DNA of 64,000 nt, from contig CDROCS010000253.1 in assembly GCA_977020255.1 (NCBI GenBank), positions 1,178,001-1,242,000 on the forward strand, written 5' to 3'. This stretch comes from Obrimoposthia wandeli (Eukaryota). Below are positions 49,051 to 59,336 of this stretch, piece after piece (positions within the stretch are counted from its first letter, which is position 1; each line of letters starts with the position of its first letter). The notes below the pieces were generated by a model. That model made no database searches. It worked only from the letters and a program-made list of their open reading frames with translations, and was not told where the DNA came from. The position numbers and the translations under genes were made by a program.

Positions 49051-49848
49051 ATGGTATGGAAGCTAAATTTAAAGGTGTTTAAGAGCTATTACACGAATGC
49101 CCTCAGGAGGATTAGCAGCTGTGATTTGTGCGGTGCAAACGTCAGCAATAGTTACTTACTTGGTTATTCGCTACCACAAGCATTACTCTGTCAATGCTGT
49201 GTAAACGACTTGCCTTATTTTAACCAAAACATAATAGCAGGTAATTTACTTAGTTGGCCTGCGGTTCACCGTGCTTTACCAAATATTCATTTTGAACAGT
49301 TGTTTGCTTTATCACCCTACATTTACCCCTTTAATAAATGGTTAGCCCAAATGAAATATTTAGGGCGTTTTGAGTTAGCAAATTTATTTAGTGCCTTACT
49401 CTGTGCTCAGTGGCAAGCAATGTTAATGAACAAAGAGGCAATGCCTAATGAAATACTACCTATTGATTTAGTGATATCTGTGCCCTTGCATGTTAATAAA
49501 TGGCAGGTTCGTGGTTATAATCAAGCGCACCTCATTGCAAGGTCTTTTGCCGGGAAATTGTCATTACGCTATGATGCTCACTTAGTGGAGAGAGTAAAAA
49601 ATAATGATAGCCAGATGGGAAAAACGGGCAGTCAACGACGAAAGAATTTAGCTAATGCTTTTGCTTTACAAGGAAAGCTAGCAAGTCATATTAAACATGT
49701 ATTGATTGTTGATGATGTGGTCACCACGGGCACCACCGCTAGTGAAATAAGCAAATTATTAAAACAAGTGGGCGTTGAAACCGTTACCTTAGTAACGGTT
49801 TGCTTAACTTTACCTAACGCGAATAATTTTGGGACCGTACTTGGCTAA
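49051..49848 (+). CDS. comF: ComF/GntX family phosphoribosyltransferase-like DNA utilization protein
   Basis: N-terminal CxxC..CxxC, VPLH...RGYNQA, R..NLANAF, VLIVDDVVTTGTT. Confidence 0.9.
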   Translation: MVWKLNLKVFKSYYTNALRRISSCDLCGANVSNSYLLGYSLPQALLCQCCVNDLPYFNQNIIAGNLLSWPAVHRALPNIHFEQLFALSPYIYPFNKWLAQMKYLGRFELANLFSALLCAQWQAMLMNKEAMPNEILPIDLVISVPLHVNKWQVRGYNQAHLIARSFAGKLSLRYDAHLVERVKNNDSQMGKTGSQRRKNLANAFALQGKLASHIKHVLIVDDVVTTGTTASEISKLLKQVGVETVTLVTVCLTLPNANNFGTVLG

Positions 49849-49860
49849 CCGTTAGAAAAT

Positions 49861-52473
49861 CTATTTATACGGCGCAGAAAAAGCTTTGCTGAAGAATAAA
49901 CTGTTGGCGAGTAATTTTGCACTACCATGCCAGTAACCTCTAAACGCGAGCACTTCTGTTGTTGCTATTACTCGGCCTTTGCCGACGTTGTGAGCAACAA
50001 TAGCGGCATTATGTGCTAATCGATTAACTAAATTTTTGTCAGTATAGCCACTTAGCAGTGGTGCTGGCGTATATTTCGCTAACGTAACAAATGGCTGTTG
50101 AGGATGCTCCATGATCAAATTACTATTACGAAATAATGGCAGTAAACTTTGTTGATAACCATAAGCTAGCGGATGGCTAGTATCTAATTCTACTTGGAAA
50201 ATAGCGCCAGCAATACGTTTACGACTAGCGAGGCTTTCTTTCGCTTGATAGCTGAGATTTTCATCATCAAATAATTGGTTTATCTGCTCTTTAGTGACAA
50301 ACCTGGCACGTAAAATGTCTTGCTCTGCTAACCAAAGAGCAGCGCGCTTTTGGCCGATAATGACACCACCTTGTTCAACCCATGCTTTTAATTGCTTAGC
50401 GGTATGCTCAGTAAAGTGCTTGTAATTACCATCAACGAGAATAATATGGCTATAACTTGATAAATCGACTTGTCTTAATTGACTATGGTCGATAATAGAC
50501 AGTGGGATATTTAGCGTTTCATCAAGATAGAAGCGCACTTCACCTGCTTCGTATTGCGATATACCCGTGCCACCTAATAAAAGAGCTTTAACCTTACCCA
50601 TCGGTTTTAGTGAGCTACTACCAATATCAACGCCTTTCATTGTTAAACCGCTACTAATTCTGTTTAATTCAATACCGGTATTATTACTGGCAGCAACTAA
50701 GCTCTCTTGCCAGTTTTTGTTTTGTTGAATGCCTGCTGGTATCACTATGCTGCCCACTTTAAAGTGCTTAGTTTTGCCATTGATTACACTGGTAAAAGGT
50801 TTAGTTGCTACTCTTGCTTTGATATTACTATTTAGCAGATTATTGAGTAATTTAGGTGCTAAAAAGTGATGCCATTCAAAAATATAACCGTAAGCAGATT
50901 TACTACTACTGTTTTGTGCGAAGGTTGTTGGCATGGTCCAAGCTTGTTTCGCCAATTTTAATTTTCGGGTACGGTTTATTTGGACGGATTCAATATTCAT
51001 AGCCAAAGGCATTGTCCAGCCGGAGACATCATAAAAAGTATTATCTTTAAAGTCAGTTTGTTGATTAAACAACGCTTGAATTAGTCGAAATTGAGGTTGC
51101 GCAAGAGGTATGTAATAGCTATTATTTTTTTGATAATTTTTATCTTTAAATTCAAAATCAGCGACCAGCGGATAAGCCTTAATTTTATGCTGGGCTAGTT
51201 TTGACAACAAAGCATTGAGGCGAAAATTATCGATACTTTCGTGTAATAAATAACCTTCAAAATCTTCTTTACTTGCGAGTTTATTGCTTTGTTGATAAAA
51301 ATCACTGCGGTATTGCTTCAGCTGCTTTCTATTTTCCCAGGCACCATTGATGGTAGAAAGTGAGGTGGTTACATGATTCTCTATACTAAATTCTAAAGTC
51401 AGTAAGCCATTGCTTGTTTCTTGCTGCATACCCCTAGCACTGGCTTGCTCAAATAATATGCCAATGCTGCCATTAATATCGGGGTAGGTTGAACCCTTAC
51501 CGTAGTAAAAATCATCGAAATTCTCTTCGCTATAATAAAGACGTTTTTGTTTATCTAATGCTGAGGCATGAAATTTTGCCAAGGTTGTTGTTAATTCGAC
51601 ATTTCTTTTCGGGGTCAGTGGATGAGTGCGACTTTGTATGCCAGGTTGAAAAAAATAACTGCTGTTATGACCCATTTCATGAAAATCGCCGACAACATGG
51701 GGTTGATATTGGTGGAAGTATTTTAATCGATGTTGGCTTTCTTGTTGAGAGAGCAATAACCAGTCGCGGTTTAAGTCAAACCAAAAATGATTGGTTCTGC
51801 CAGTAATCCAATTTTGGTGGTGCTCGATATGATTGGCGTCGCTATTATCAGTTGAATTGCGATAGGTACTAACCCAATTAACAAATCTGTCCATCCCGTC
51901 AGGGTTGATGCTCGGTTCTAATACGATCACGGTATTGGCAAGTAACTCAGCCACTTTTTCATCCGTATTAGCCGCTAAATAATAGGCAAGTATCATGGCC
52001 GCATAAGCGCCACTTATTTCATCGCCATGCACGCTATAACCTAACCAAATAACTAAGGGTGCGCTGTCAGCCTTTTGGTTATCAAGATGCTTTTTCTTTA
52101 GTGAAGTCTTTAGAGAAGCCTTTACAGAGGCGTTTGGAGAAAGAATGTCACGGTCACTGAGAATACTCGACAAATTTGCTAAATTTTTAGGACTAGAAAT
52201 GGTAATCAGTAGCTGTTCTCGTTGCTGAGGTGTTCTCCCCATAGAGGTGATATTTATACGATCGGAATCCTTGGCCAGCTGATAAAAGTAGTTTTTTAGC
52301 TGATCATGTCTAATATGGCGTTGGCCAATTTCAAATCCTAAGCTATTACTTGGTAAGGAAATGTTGTTATTGAATTTACTACCCTCAGGCAAGTAATCTT
52401 GTACGGGCATGGCAATAAGCCCAGTAGAGTAGAGTAGAGTAATGGATAAAATTATAATTCGTAGCAGTAACAT
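49861..52473 (-). CDS. Secreted M14 family zinc carboxypeptidase with C-terminal GATase-like domain
   Basis: Signal peptide, SVHGDE (HxxE), NPDG, GRTNH..FDLNRDW, DFHEM; 870 aa. Confidence 0.9.
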   Translation of the reverse strand: MLLLRIIILSITLLYSTGLIAMPVQDYLPEGSKFNNNISLPSNSLGFEIGQRHIRHDQLKNYFYQLAKDSDRINITSMGRTPQQREQLLITISSPKNLANLSSILSDRDILSPNASVKASLKTSLKKKHLDNQKADSAPLVIWLGYSVHGDEISGAYAAMILAYYLAANTDEKVAELLANTVIVLEPSINPDGMDRFVNWVSTYRNSTDNSDANHIEHHQNWITGRTNHFWFDLNRDWLLLSQQESQHRLKYFHQYQPHVVGDFHEMGHNSSYFFQPGIQSRTHPLTPKRNVELTTTLAKFHASALDKQKRLYYSEENFDDFYYGKGSTYPDINGSIGILFEQASARGMQQETSNGLLTLEFSIENHVTTSLSTINGAWENRKQLKQYRSDFYQQSNKLASKEDFEGYLLHESIDNFRLNALLSKLAQHKIKAYPLVADFEFKDKNYQKNNSYYIPLAQPQFRLIQALFNQQTDFKDNTFYDVSGWTMPLAMNIESVQINRTRKLKLAKQAWTMPTTFAQNSSSKSAYGYIFEWHHFLAPKLLNNLLNSNIKARVATKPFTSVINGKTKHFKVGSIVIPAGIQQNKNWQESLVAASNNTGIELNRISSGLTMKGVDIGSSSLKPMGKVKALLLGGTGISQYEAGEVRFYLDETLNIPLSIIDHSQLRQVDLSSYSHIILVDGNYKHFTEHTAKQLKAWVEQGGVIIGQKRAALWLAEQDILRARFVTKEQINQLFDDENLSYQAKESLASRKRIAGAIFQVELDTSHPLAYGYQQSLLPLFRNSNLIMEHPQQPFVTLAKYTPAPLLSGYTDKNLVNRLAHNAAIVAHNVGKGRVIATTEVLAFRGYWHGSAKLLANSLFFSKAFSAPYK

Positions 52474-52500
52474 CTAGAGAGCCTCAGTATTTGACTAGGA

Positions 52501-52815
52501 TATACCCGTTCCACTTGAATATGCATGATTCAGCTGGAATTAGAAACGCTTTTAGGCAAGGCATTGATTGAAGAGAATAGTTATTCTATTGTCTAAATCA
52601 ATAACGCAGCATAAAGCGTTTCTAAACCAGCCCCTTGGGGAAGGCTGAGCAAATCATACTCTGCGTTACCTTTCTTTTTAAGGGCGCTACATGGATGTCG
52701 CTTTTTAGAGAATGCAGGAGCATATTCTCCTGAATAACCCTTAATAAAAAAATGTGCCTTGATTATGAATCGCTCAGACTTCCTGAAACGAGCATCTTCA
52801 AGTGGAGCGGGTATA
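52501..52815 (+). mobile_element. ERIC-like MITE, copy D (315 bp, with a 48-bp nested insert)
   Basis: TIRs TATACCCGTTCCACTTGAA / TTCAAGTGGAGCGGGTATA, shared core; extra 52685-52732 relative to copy B. Confidence 0.9.
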
Positions 52816-52876
52816 AAGTATCAAACAAAAGCGTAAAAATCATTAGCACATAACTAAATAGCAGCGTAAAATGATC

Positions 52877-52901
52877 ATACTTGAGTAAAACAGTCAGGTA
52901 T
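52877..52901. promoter_or_regulatory. IscR type-1 binding site upstream of nfuA
   Basis: ATACTTGAGTAAAACAGTCAGGTAT matches 24 of 25 positions of the E. coli type-1 consensus ATASYYGACTRWWWYAGTCRRSTAT; nfuA is a known IscR type-1 target in E. coli. Confidence 0.75.
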
Positions 52902-52962
52902 TTTTTCAACTTAATACTTTAAATTTATTTTAAAGTATCCGAGAGCAAAGAGAGCTAAAATA

Positions 52963-53541
52963 ATGATCACTATTTCAGAAAATGCGCAAGAGCATTTTAT
53001 TAAATTACTTTCGCAACAAGCTGAAGGTACCCATATTCGTGTTTTTGTTGTAAATCCTGGCACAGCGAAAGCTGAATGTGGCGTTTCATATTGTCCACCT
53101 GACGCGGTTGAAGCAGATGATATCACACTCCCTTTTGAAGGCTTTTCAGCGATGGTTGATGCTGACAGCAAAGGTTTTTTAGAAGACGCGGAAATTGATT
53201 TTACTACGGATCAAATGGGCTCACAGCTTACTTTGAAAGCACCAAATGCTAAGTTACGTAAAGTTGCTGATGATGCGCCACTATTTGAACGCGTGCATTA
53301 CTTCTTACAAGCTGAAGTTAATCCTCAATTAGCTGGTCATGGCGGTGAATGTACTCTAGTTGAAATAACCGAAGATGGTTATGCCGTATTACAATTTGGC
53401 GGTGGCTGTAATGGCTGTGCACAAATTGATGTCACGGTAAAAGATGGCATTGAAAAGCAATTGATTGATTTAATGGCTGGCGAAATTAAAGGCGTTAAAG
53501 ATGCAACAGAGCATGAACGCGGTGATCATTCATATTACTAA
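52963..53541 (+). CDS. nfuA: Fe-S biogenesis carrier NfuA
   Basis: [28 protein letters not shown]-like, [17 protein letters not shown]. Confidence 0.97.
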   Translation: MITISENAQEHFIKLLSQQAEGTHIRVFVVNPGTAKAECGVSYCPPDAVEADDITLPFEGFSAMVDADSKGFLEDAEIDFTTDQMGSQLTLKAPNAKLRKVADDAPLFERVHYFLQAEVNPQLAGHGGECTLVEITEDGYAVLQFGGGCNGCAQIDVTVKDGIEKQLIDLMAGEIKGVKDATEHERGDHSYY

Positions 53542-53594
53542 ACGTTACTTATGTAATTAATTTTATATGACTAAGCTTATATGATTAACTTCAC

Positions 53595-53855
53595 ATGATT
53601 AAGTTATTAGAAAAACTAGGCCAAAATCCACAACTCAGTTTAACGCTGTTTTTACGTGGGCTTGGCCTTTTTGTTATTGGTTTACTTTTTGTTGCTTTGG
53701 GATATTTTTATCATCACCTTTGGCAAATCATTGGCATCATAACACTGGCTCTCGCCTGCTTATTAGCAGCATGGGGGTATCTAGGGATCTTTGCCAATCG
53801 TTGGTTAAATATTCTTTATCGCACTCGACCCGCGAACAAACGACCTACTAAATAA
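53595..53855 (+). CDS. Small membrane hypothetical protein
   Basis: 86 aa, two hydrophobic helices. Confidence 0.75.
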   Translation: MIKLLEKLGQNPQLSLTLFLRGLGLFVIGLLFVALGYFYHHLWQIIGIITLALACLLAAWGYLGIFANRWLNILYRTRPANKRPTK

Positions 53856-53868
53856 ACACACAAATTAA

Positions 53869-54228
53869 ATGATATTTATTACTAATTTCATAAAACACTA
53901 TTGGCTTATCATTACTGTTTTTTTACTTACCGCTATCGCGACCTTGTCTTTATGGCCTGCGGAATACTTACCTCAAGTCCCAGGCAGTGATAAAACTCAC
54001 CACTTCATCTCTTATGGCGCTTTAATGCTGCCACTAGCATTACGCAAACCAAAACACTGGTTATGGATTACCTTAGGCTTTGCTGGCTTTAGCGGTGCGA
54101 TTGAGTTAATTCAACCTTACGTTAATCGATATGGCGAATGGCTTGATCTGGCCGCCAATGTTGCAGGTTTAGCATGTGGCATTATGCTCGCTCAGATTAT
54201 CGAGTATTTCACTGTGAGTAACACTTGA
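53869..54228 (+). CDS. VanZ family membrane protein
   Basis: DKTHHFISYG, IELIQPYVNR.GEW.D..AN..G. Confidence 0.85.
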   Translation: MIFITNFIKHYWLIITVFLLTAIATLSLWPAEYLPQVPGSDKTHHFISYGALMLPLALRKPKHWLWITLGFAGFSGAIELIQPYVNRYGEWLDLAANVAGLACGIMLAQIIEYFTVSNT

Positions 54229-54335
54229 TTACATAACACATACAGGTGATGAGTTATTAGTTGACTGGCATCAAGCTTGGTAACTCTTGGCGTGTTAGTA
54301 TTCTTTTACTGTTATACAAATAAGCCAATTACCTT

Positions 54336-54611
54336 ATGTCGAAAGAAATTCCTGTGCATCACCTCCCCGTAGCGCACCCACCAAAGCGATTATGGCAAAA
54401 ATTATCGTCAATTATTGCCAAAGGAAGTTTTGGTTTGGCGGCGATTGGCGTTGTGGTAACAATCATTTATGGTGGTGATGTTGAAGCGGATATTAAAGCT
54501 GCGCTTGGTGCAACTACCTTTTTTTGTGTTGCTGTGGGTGTCGTCTGTCAAGCGATGGGGGGGACGAGCATTCCAAACTTAAAGCCGGCGCCGAAAGAAC
54601 TTGATGATTAA
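54336..54611 (+). CDS. Small membrane hypothetical protein
   Basis: 91 aa, two hydrophobic helices. Confidence 0.7.
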   Translation: MSKEIPVHHLPVAHPPKRLWQKLSSIIAKGSFGLAAIGVVVTIIYGGDVEADIKAALGATTFFCVAVGVVCQAMGGTSIPNLKPAPKELDD

Positions 54612-54743
54612 AAATGATATTAAGCACTTTCTTTTCGATAACACGGTGGATATCAGAAATTAGGCAAAAAAATCCCCTAAAGTTCTAGTGGTTTAAAGTA
54701 AAAGACGTTATTTTATCTCATCAAGTTTTTAAGGGAATACACC

Positions 54744-55817
54744 ATGAAATATATGTTGCGGACACTATTTTCAGTTTCATTATTATTGAGCGTTGTGCTC
54801 AGCAGTCATGCAGCAGTCATTTTACAGTACCATCATGTGAGCGATAGCACACCAGCAAGTACCAGTATTTCTCCAAAGCAATTTGAAGTGCACTTACAAT
54901 ATCTTAAAGATAATAACTTTAAGGTGGTGCCTTTATCTGAGTTAATTGAAGGCATCAAGACCCAACAACCCTTACCCGAGAAAAGTGTCGCTATCACCTT
55001 TGATGACGCTTATATTGATATAGTAACCACAGCTAAGCCCATTTTAGATAAGTTCGCTTTTCCGTATACCATTTATGTAAATCCAGGCATTATCAATCGC
55101 AACGAAAAAAATGATACTTCACATTATTTGTCATGGATTCAGCTTAAGGCACTGTCAGATGAAGGGGTGATTATTGCTAATCATGGTTATGAACATGACT
55201 CAATGACGCGAATTACCGAGGGATTAACACAAGCACAATGGTTGCGTAAACAAACGGATTTATTATTGAAAGCTGAAGCTGTTATTAAAGAAAATACCGG
55301 TCAAAGCTGGCGATATTATGCCTACCCTTATGGTGAGTATGATATGGCTGTTCAAGCATGGGTTAAAGATAATGATTTCGTTGCTTTTTCTCAGCAATCA
55401 GGTGCCATTGATTTATCTACCGACTTAACCAGCGTACCACGTTTTCCTGCTTCAAAGCCGTATGACAAAATTTCTGGCTTACGTGATAAATTAAATTCAT
55501 TAGCGTTTAATATTCGTTTAGAAGGTGAACAAGCTGAAACCATCTTTAAACACAAAGAAGCTAAAAGTATTACCTTTGATATTGAAAGCGGTGATTTTTA
55601 TAAGTCGGCTTTAAATTGCTATATTTCTGGCTTAGGTAAGCAAAAAATCAGCTGGAATGATGATAAGAGTTTTAGCATTCACTTTAGTAAAGACCTTCCA
55701 GTTGGCAGAGTTCGGGCTAACTGTACCGCGGCAAGCATTAGCAAACCAGGCCGCTACTACTGGTATTCTAAACCATGGTTTATCTTAAAAGATGATGGCA
55801 GCTGGTACCATTTGTAA
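54744..55817 (+). CDS. Secreted polysaccharide deacetylase (CE4/NodB)
   Basis: Signal peptide, ILQYHHV, AITFDDAY, NHGYEH, YAYPYGEY, VPRFP. Confidence 0.9.
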   Translation: MKYMLRTLFSVSLLLSVVLSSHAAVILQYHHVSDSTPASTSISPKQFEVHLQYLKDNNFKVVPLSELIEGIKTQQPLPEKSVAITFDDAYIDIVTTAKPILDKFAFPYTIYVNPGIINRNEKNDTSHYLSWIQLKALSDEGVIIANHGYEHDSMTRITEGLTQAQWLRKQTDLLLKAEAVIKENTGQSWRYYAYPYGEYDMAVQAWVKDNDFVAFSQQSGAIDLSTDLTSVPRFPASKPYDKISGLRDKLNSLAFNIRLEGEQAETIFKHKEAKSITFDIESGDFYKSALNCYISGLGKQKISWNDDKSFSIHFSKDLPVGRVRANCTAASISKPGRYYWYSKPWFILKDDGSWYHL

Positions 55818-55847
55818 GAGGGTGCTCTGTTATTTATACACTCGACA

Positions 55848-56528
55848 TTATTGATAGAGGGCGACTATTTTTTGATAGTCGCTTAATAACTTATCATTAT
55901 CAATACTAGGCACTTCACCTACTGCTTGCTCAGGTCTAAAAATTGCTGATATCTTGCCTGCCGGATTGATTAAGACCAATGATGCGCTGTGATCAACCCA
56001 ATAGCTTTCATCTCCTGTCGGTACATCAACTTCATCGTTACTTGCCTCTTTATTAGTCTCTTTACTAGTGATGGCGTACATCAAGCCTAGATTACGTGAA
56101 AACGGGAAAAGCACGTCGTGTTCTGCGCGCAGTGCTTTAAAGTTAGGATTGAAATAACCAATGTATTGTTCGAGTTTTTCGCGATTGTCTCTTTTGGGAT
56201 CAACAGAGACTAATAACACTTGGCTATTACTGGCAATAGCGACTAAGTCTTCATAAATGAAATTTAGATTTTGCAGGGTCGTTGGGCAGACATCAGGACA
56301 AGAGGTATAACCGAAAAATACCAGTGACCATTTGTCGCGTAACTGCTCATTACTAAAAGGCAGCCCTAATTCATCAGTTAAGATAAAAGCTGATATTGGC
56401 CGAGCCTCTTTATAATGCAAAGCATATTCAGGTGGAAGCAGTTGCTTTGTTTGCGTCATCAGATGAAAGCCAACTGCACCAGCACTGAGTGATATTAAGG
56501 CAATAATGCCATAGATAAATTTATTCAT
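55848..56528 (-). CDS. SCO1/SenC family copper chaperone
   Basis: FFGYTSCPDVCP (CxxxC), SVDPKRD, VDHSA. Confidence 0.93.
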   Translation of the reverse strand: MNKFIYGIIALISLSAGAVGFHLMTQTKQLLPPEYALHYKEARPISAFILTDELGLPFSNEQLRDKWSLVFFGYTSCPDVCPTTLQNLNFIYEDLVAIASNSQVLLVSVDPKRDNREKLEQYIGYFNPNFKALRAEHDVLFPFSRNLGLMYAITSKETNKEASNDEVDVPTGDESYWVDHSASLVLINPAGKISAIFRPEQAVGEVPSIDNDKLLSDYQKIVALYQ

Positions 56529-56597
56529 CGAAACCCTATGTTTACTGCCATTGTTGCTAAGTTATTGGTGATAGTGTTTATTATTACCCTTGTAAAA

Positions 56598-57551
56598 CTA
56601 ACCCATTGGAAGCCAATAATGGTCGAGTAATAAAATAATAAAAAGTAGCATCAAATGCACGATAGAAAATTTAAATGTTGCCATTGCTGTCTCTTCTTTT
56701 GCATGAAACTTCAGCTGCCAAGCATAGCCAATAAAGATCAAATTCAAGCTACAGGCTCCTAATAAATACAACCAGTTACTCATACCAACTAAATAAGGTA
56801 GTAAACAAACTACAAAGAGTAAGACGGTATATAGCAGTATCTGTGTTTTAGTGAAGCTCACGCCGTGAGTTACCGGCAACATGGGAATATTAACTTTGGC
56901 ATAGTCATTTTTACGATGGATCGCTAATGCCCAAAAGTGTGGTGGCGTCCAAGTAAAAATAATCAAAACTAATAACAAGGCGTTAGGCGCCACTTCATTT
57001 GTCATGGCTGTCCAGCCCAGTAACGGTGGAATTGCGCCAGCTAAACCACCGATAGTGATATTTTGTGGCGTGGCACGTTTTAAATACATGGTATAGACAA
57101 AGCTATAGCCAACTAAGCCAGCTAATGTCAAAAAAGCGGTTAGTGGATTGACTAAGGCATAAAGAATAATAAAACCTAGCAAGGCTATGCTAGTGGCAAA
57201 TATAATGGCATTAGTGACGCTAAGTCTACCCTCAGGCAAAGGCCTATTATGGGTTCGTCCCATAACAGTATCAATTTTTTCATCGACAATATGATTAATA
57301 GCGGCGGCAGCTGAAGATAACAAAGCAATGCCAAGCATGGCAGGTAAGAGTAATTGCCATGGCAAGCCCCCAGGAACAGATAAACTCATACCTACTAATG
57401 CGGTCAGTACCAGTAAGGCGACAACTTTAGGCTTTGTTATGTCGTAATAAGCGCGCCAATTAGTAAAAATACTACTAATGGAAAAGTGATGATGATCAGC
57501 ATTAATCGCTGATGGCAAAGGTGTTATAGTTTTATTCATAACTTTACTCAT
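56598..57551 (-). CDS. cyoE: Heme o synthase (protoheme IX farnesyltransferase)
   Basis: [42 protein letters not shown]. Confidence 0.95.
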   Translation of the reverse strand: MSKVMNKTITPLPSAINADHHHFSISSIFTNWRAYYDITKPKVVALLVLTALVGMSLSVPGGLPWQLLLPAMLGIALLSSAAAAINHIVDEKIDTVMGRTHNRPLPEGRLSVTNAIIFATSIALLGFIILYALVNPLTAFLTLAGLVGYSFVYTMYLKRATPQNITIGGLAGAIPPLLGWTAMTNEVAPNALLLVLIIFTWTPPHFWALAIHRKNDYAKVNIPMLPVTHGVSFTKTQILLYTVLLFVVCLLPYLVGMSNWLYLLGACSLNLIFIGYAWQLKFHAKEETAMATFKFSIVHLMLLFIILLLDHYWLPMG

Positions 57552-58605
57552 AGAGAGACTCCTCGGAATTTTGTCTTAATTTATAAGCTAAGGTGATCAA
57601 ACTCAGCATTAAACAGGCGGCAACTAAGTTGTGTGCGACAGCCACTTTAAGTGGCAACGAAAACCAGATATTACTAACCCCCAAACTGATTTGAATAACT
57701 AATAAACTCAGTAGCATAATGGCAGTACTCTTTATCGAATGAGTTCTTGCCTTGATAAAAACCATGATGGCTAACCAAGCGAGAAATACGCCGGTAATGA
57801 TGGCGCCTAAGCGATGAGTAACATGAATCGTTACTCGTTCATTATGGGCGAGGTGACCAAACTCATAGCTTTCTTTACTTGGAGGAATTAAGTCAAATGA
57901 CTGCTCAAAAGTTAAATCGGAGAACCAATCACCCTGACAAATGGGTAATTCTATACAACTCATGGCGGCATAATTAGAGGAGGTCCAACCGCCTAGGGCA
58001 ATTTGTGCGGTTAAAATAGTAATGCCTAGCAGTGCATAGCTACTGTATTTTTTAAGTTGCGAATCAACTAAGTTTGCTCCTTGAGCGTTTATTCTTTTAG
58101 CATTAAGGCGTAAATATAATAAGAACAGTAAGCAAAGCGTAGTAAAGCCACCGAGTAAGTGCCCCATCACCACGATGGGCATTAATTTAAGTGTCACCGT
58201 CCACATGCCTAGCGCAGCTTGGAAGGTAACAATACATAAAATACATAACGGCAGAATTATCGGATAGCTAACCTTTGAATTTTTTGAAAAGCGCAATTTA
58301 ATCGAAAATAGGGCGATAACAGCGATAAGTAAACCAAGACTACCTGCGAAATAGCGGTGGATCATCTCATTCCATGCTTTAGCAGGTTCAACAGGTCTTT
58401 GTGGAAAAGCTTGTTCTGCTGCTGCAATTTGTAGACTTGTTTCAGGTACATCAATTAAGCCATAACACGTTGGCCAGTCAGGGCAGCCTAAACCAGCATG
58501 AGTTAAACGTGTATAAGCGCCTAAACCAATAACCACAATAGCTAACAATAAACTTGTTAGCACTAAACGACGCAGTGTTTGCGTATTTTTATTGTGCTCT
58601 GTCAT
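57544..58605 (-). CDS. ctaA: Heme A synthase (COX15/CtaA)
   Basis: [34 protein letters not shown]. Confidence 0.92.
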   Translation of the reverse strand: MTEHNKNTQTLRRLVLTSLLLAIVVIGLGAYTRLTHAGLGCPDWPTCYGLIDVPETSLQIAAAEQAFPQRPVEPAKAWNEMIHRYFAGSLGLLIAVIALFSIKLRFSKNSKVSYPIILPLCILCIVTFQAALGMWTVTLKLMPIVVMGHLLGGFTTLCLLFLLYLRLNAKRINAQGANLVDSQLKKYSSYALLGITILTAQIALGGWTSSNYAAMSCIELPICQGDWFSDLTFEQSFDLIPPSKESYEFGHLAHNERVTIHVTHRLGAIITGVFLAWLAIMVFIKARTHSIKSTAIMLLSLLVIQISLGVSNIWFSLPLKVAVAHNLVAACLMLSLITLAYKLRQNSEESLYE

Positions 58606-58609
58606 TTAG

Positions 58610-59278
58610 TTAACCCACCTTAGAATATTTTAATAATTTTTTCATATCGGCGATAATGGCTTTACCAAAAGCAGCTTGTTGTTCCATTTTCTCTGGTAGC
58701 TGATGTCTTAAAATAATGTTACCTAGAGGATCGGCGATCAGCACTTGTGGCTTTTGCAGTAAATTATTCATTTGAGGCGTTAAGGCAAGTATCTGCCACT
58801 GGCTTTTCGCAAGCTGCTTGTTTTGCTGGGCAGAGAAAATGTTTTCCTTGAGTAACACCGCAGAGACCCTTGGCATATCTTTTCCTAGGATGACATAGCT
58901 GTTATGCACGGTTTCAATAGAGTGCAAACATAGCTCAGGACATACGCTAGGTAGTCGATAAATAATAAGCCATTGTTTGGCAAATGTGGACTGATCTATA
59001 CCTAACTCTTTTAGCGTTAATGGCTGCGCTAATAACTTACCTTGATTTGTTACACCCAGATCCAGCCACTGATTCTCTAAAGCTAATTTGGCTAATAATA
59101 TAGGTAATATAAATACCGTGATTAACAAGAGTAGACTACGACGACTTTTCTTTTGTGAAACATGTTTTGGAGTCTGGCTGGAGCTGTGGTTTGAAGTATG
59201 GCCTGAGTTATTAGTACTTGTTAAAGTACTGCTATTAGTTGCGTCGTTGGTATCGGTTGGAGAGATTGACTTAGCCAT
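58610..59278 (-). CDS. Conserved membrane-anchored protein of the cox cluster (thioredoxin-like)
   Basis: Single TM, CxxxC (CPELC), LIADPLGNI..., DMKKLLKYSKVG; S/T-rich N-terminus. Confidence 0.8.
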   Translation of the reverse strand: MAKSISPTDTNDATNSSTLTSTNNSGHTSNHSSSQTPKHVSQKKSRRSLLLLITVFILPILLAKLALENQWLDLGVTNQGKLLAQPLTLKELGIDQSTFAKQWLIIYRLPSVCPELCLHSIETVHNSYVILGKDMPRVSAVLLKENIFSAQQNKQLAKSQWQILALTPQMNNLLQKPQVLIADPLGNIILRHQLPEKMEQQAAFGKAIIADMKKLLKYSKVG

Positions 59279-59336
59279 ATGTTAACGCCTTATTTTTCTT
59301 TTTATTATTATTTAGAGTGTTGTGAATGTTGTTCGC

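Noticed and set aside
54258-54272. TTGACTGGCATCA resembling an IS4 inverted repeat
   Set aside because: Too short, with no adjacent transposase fragment.
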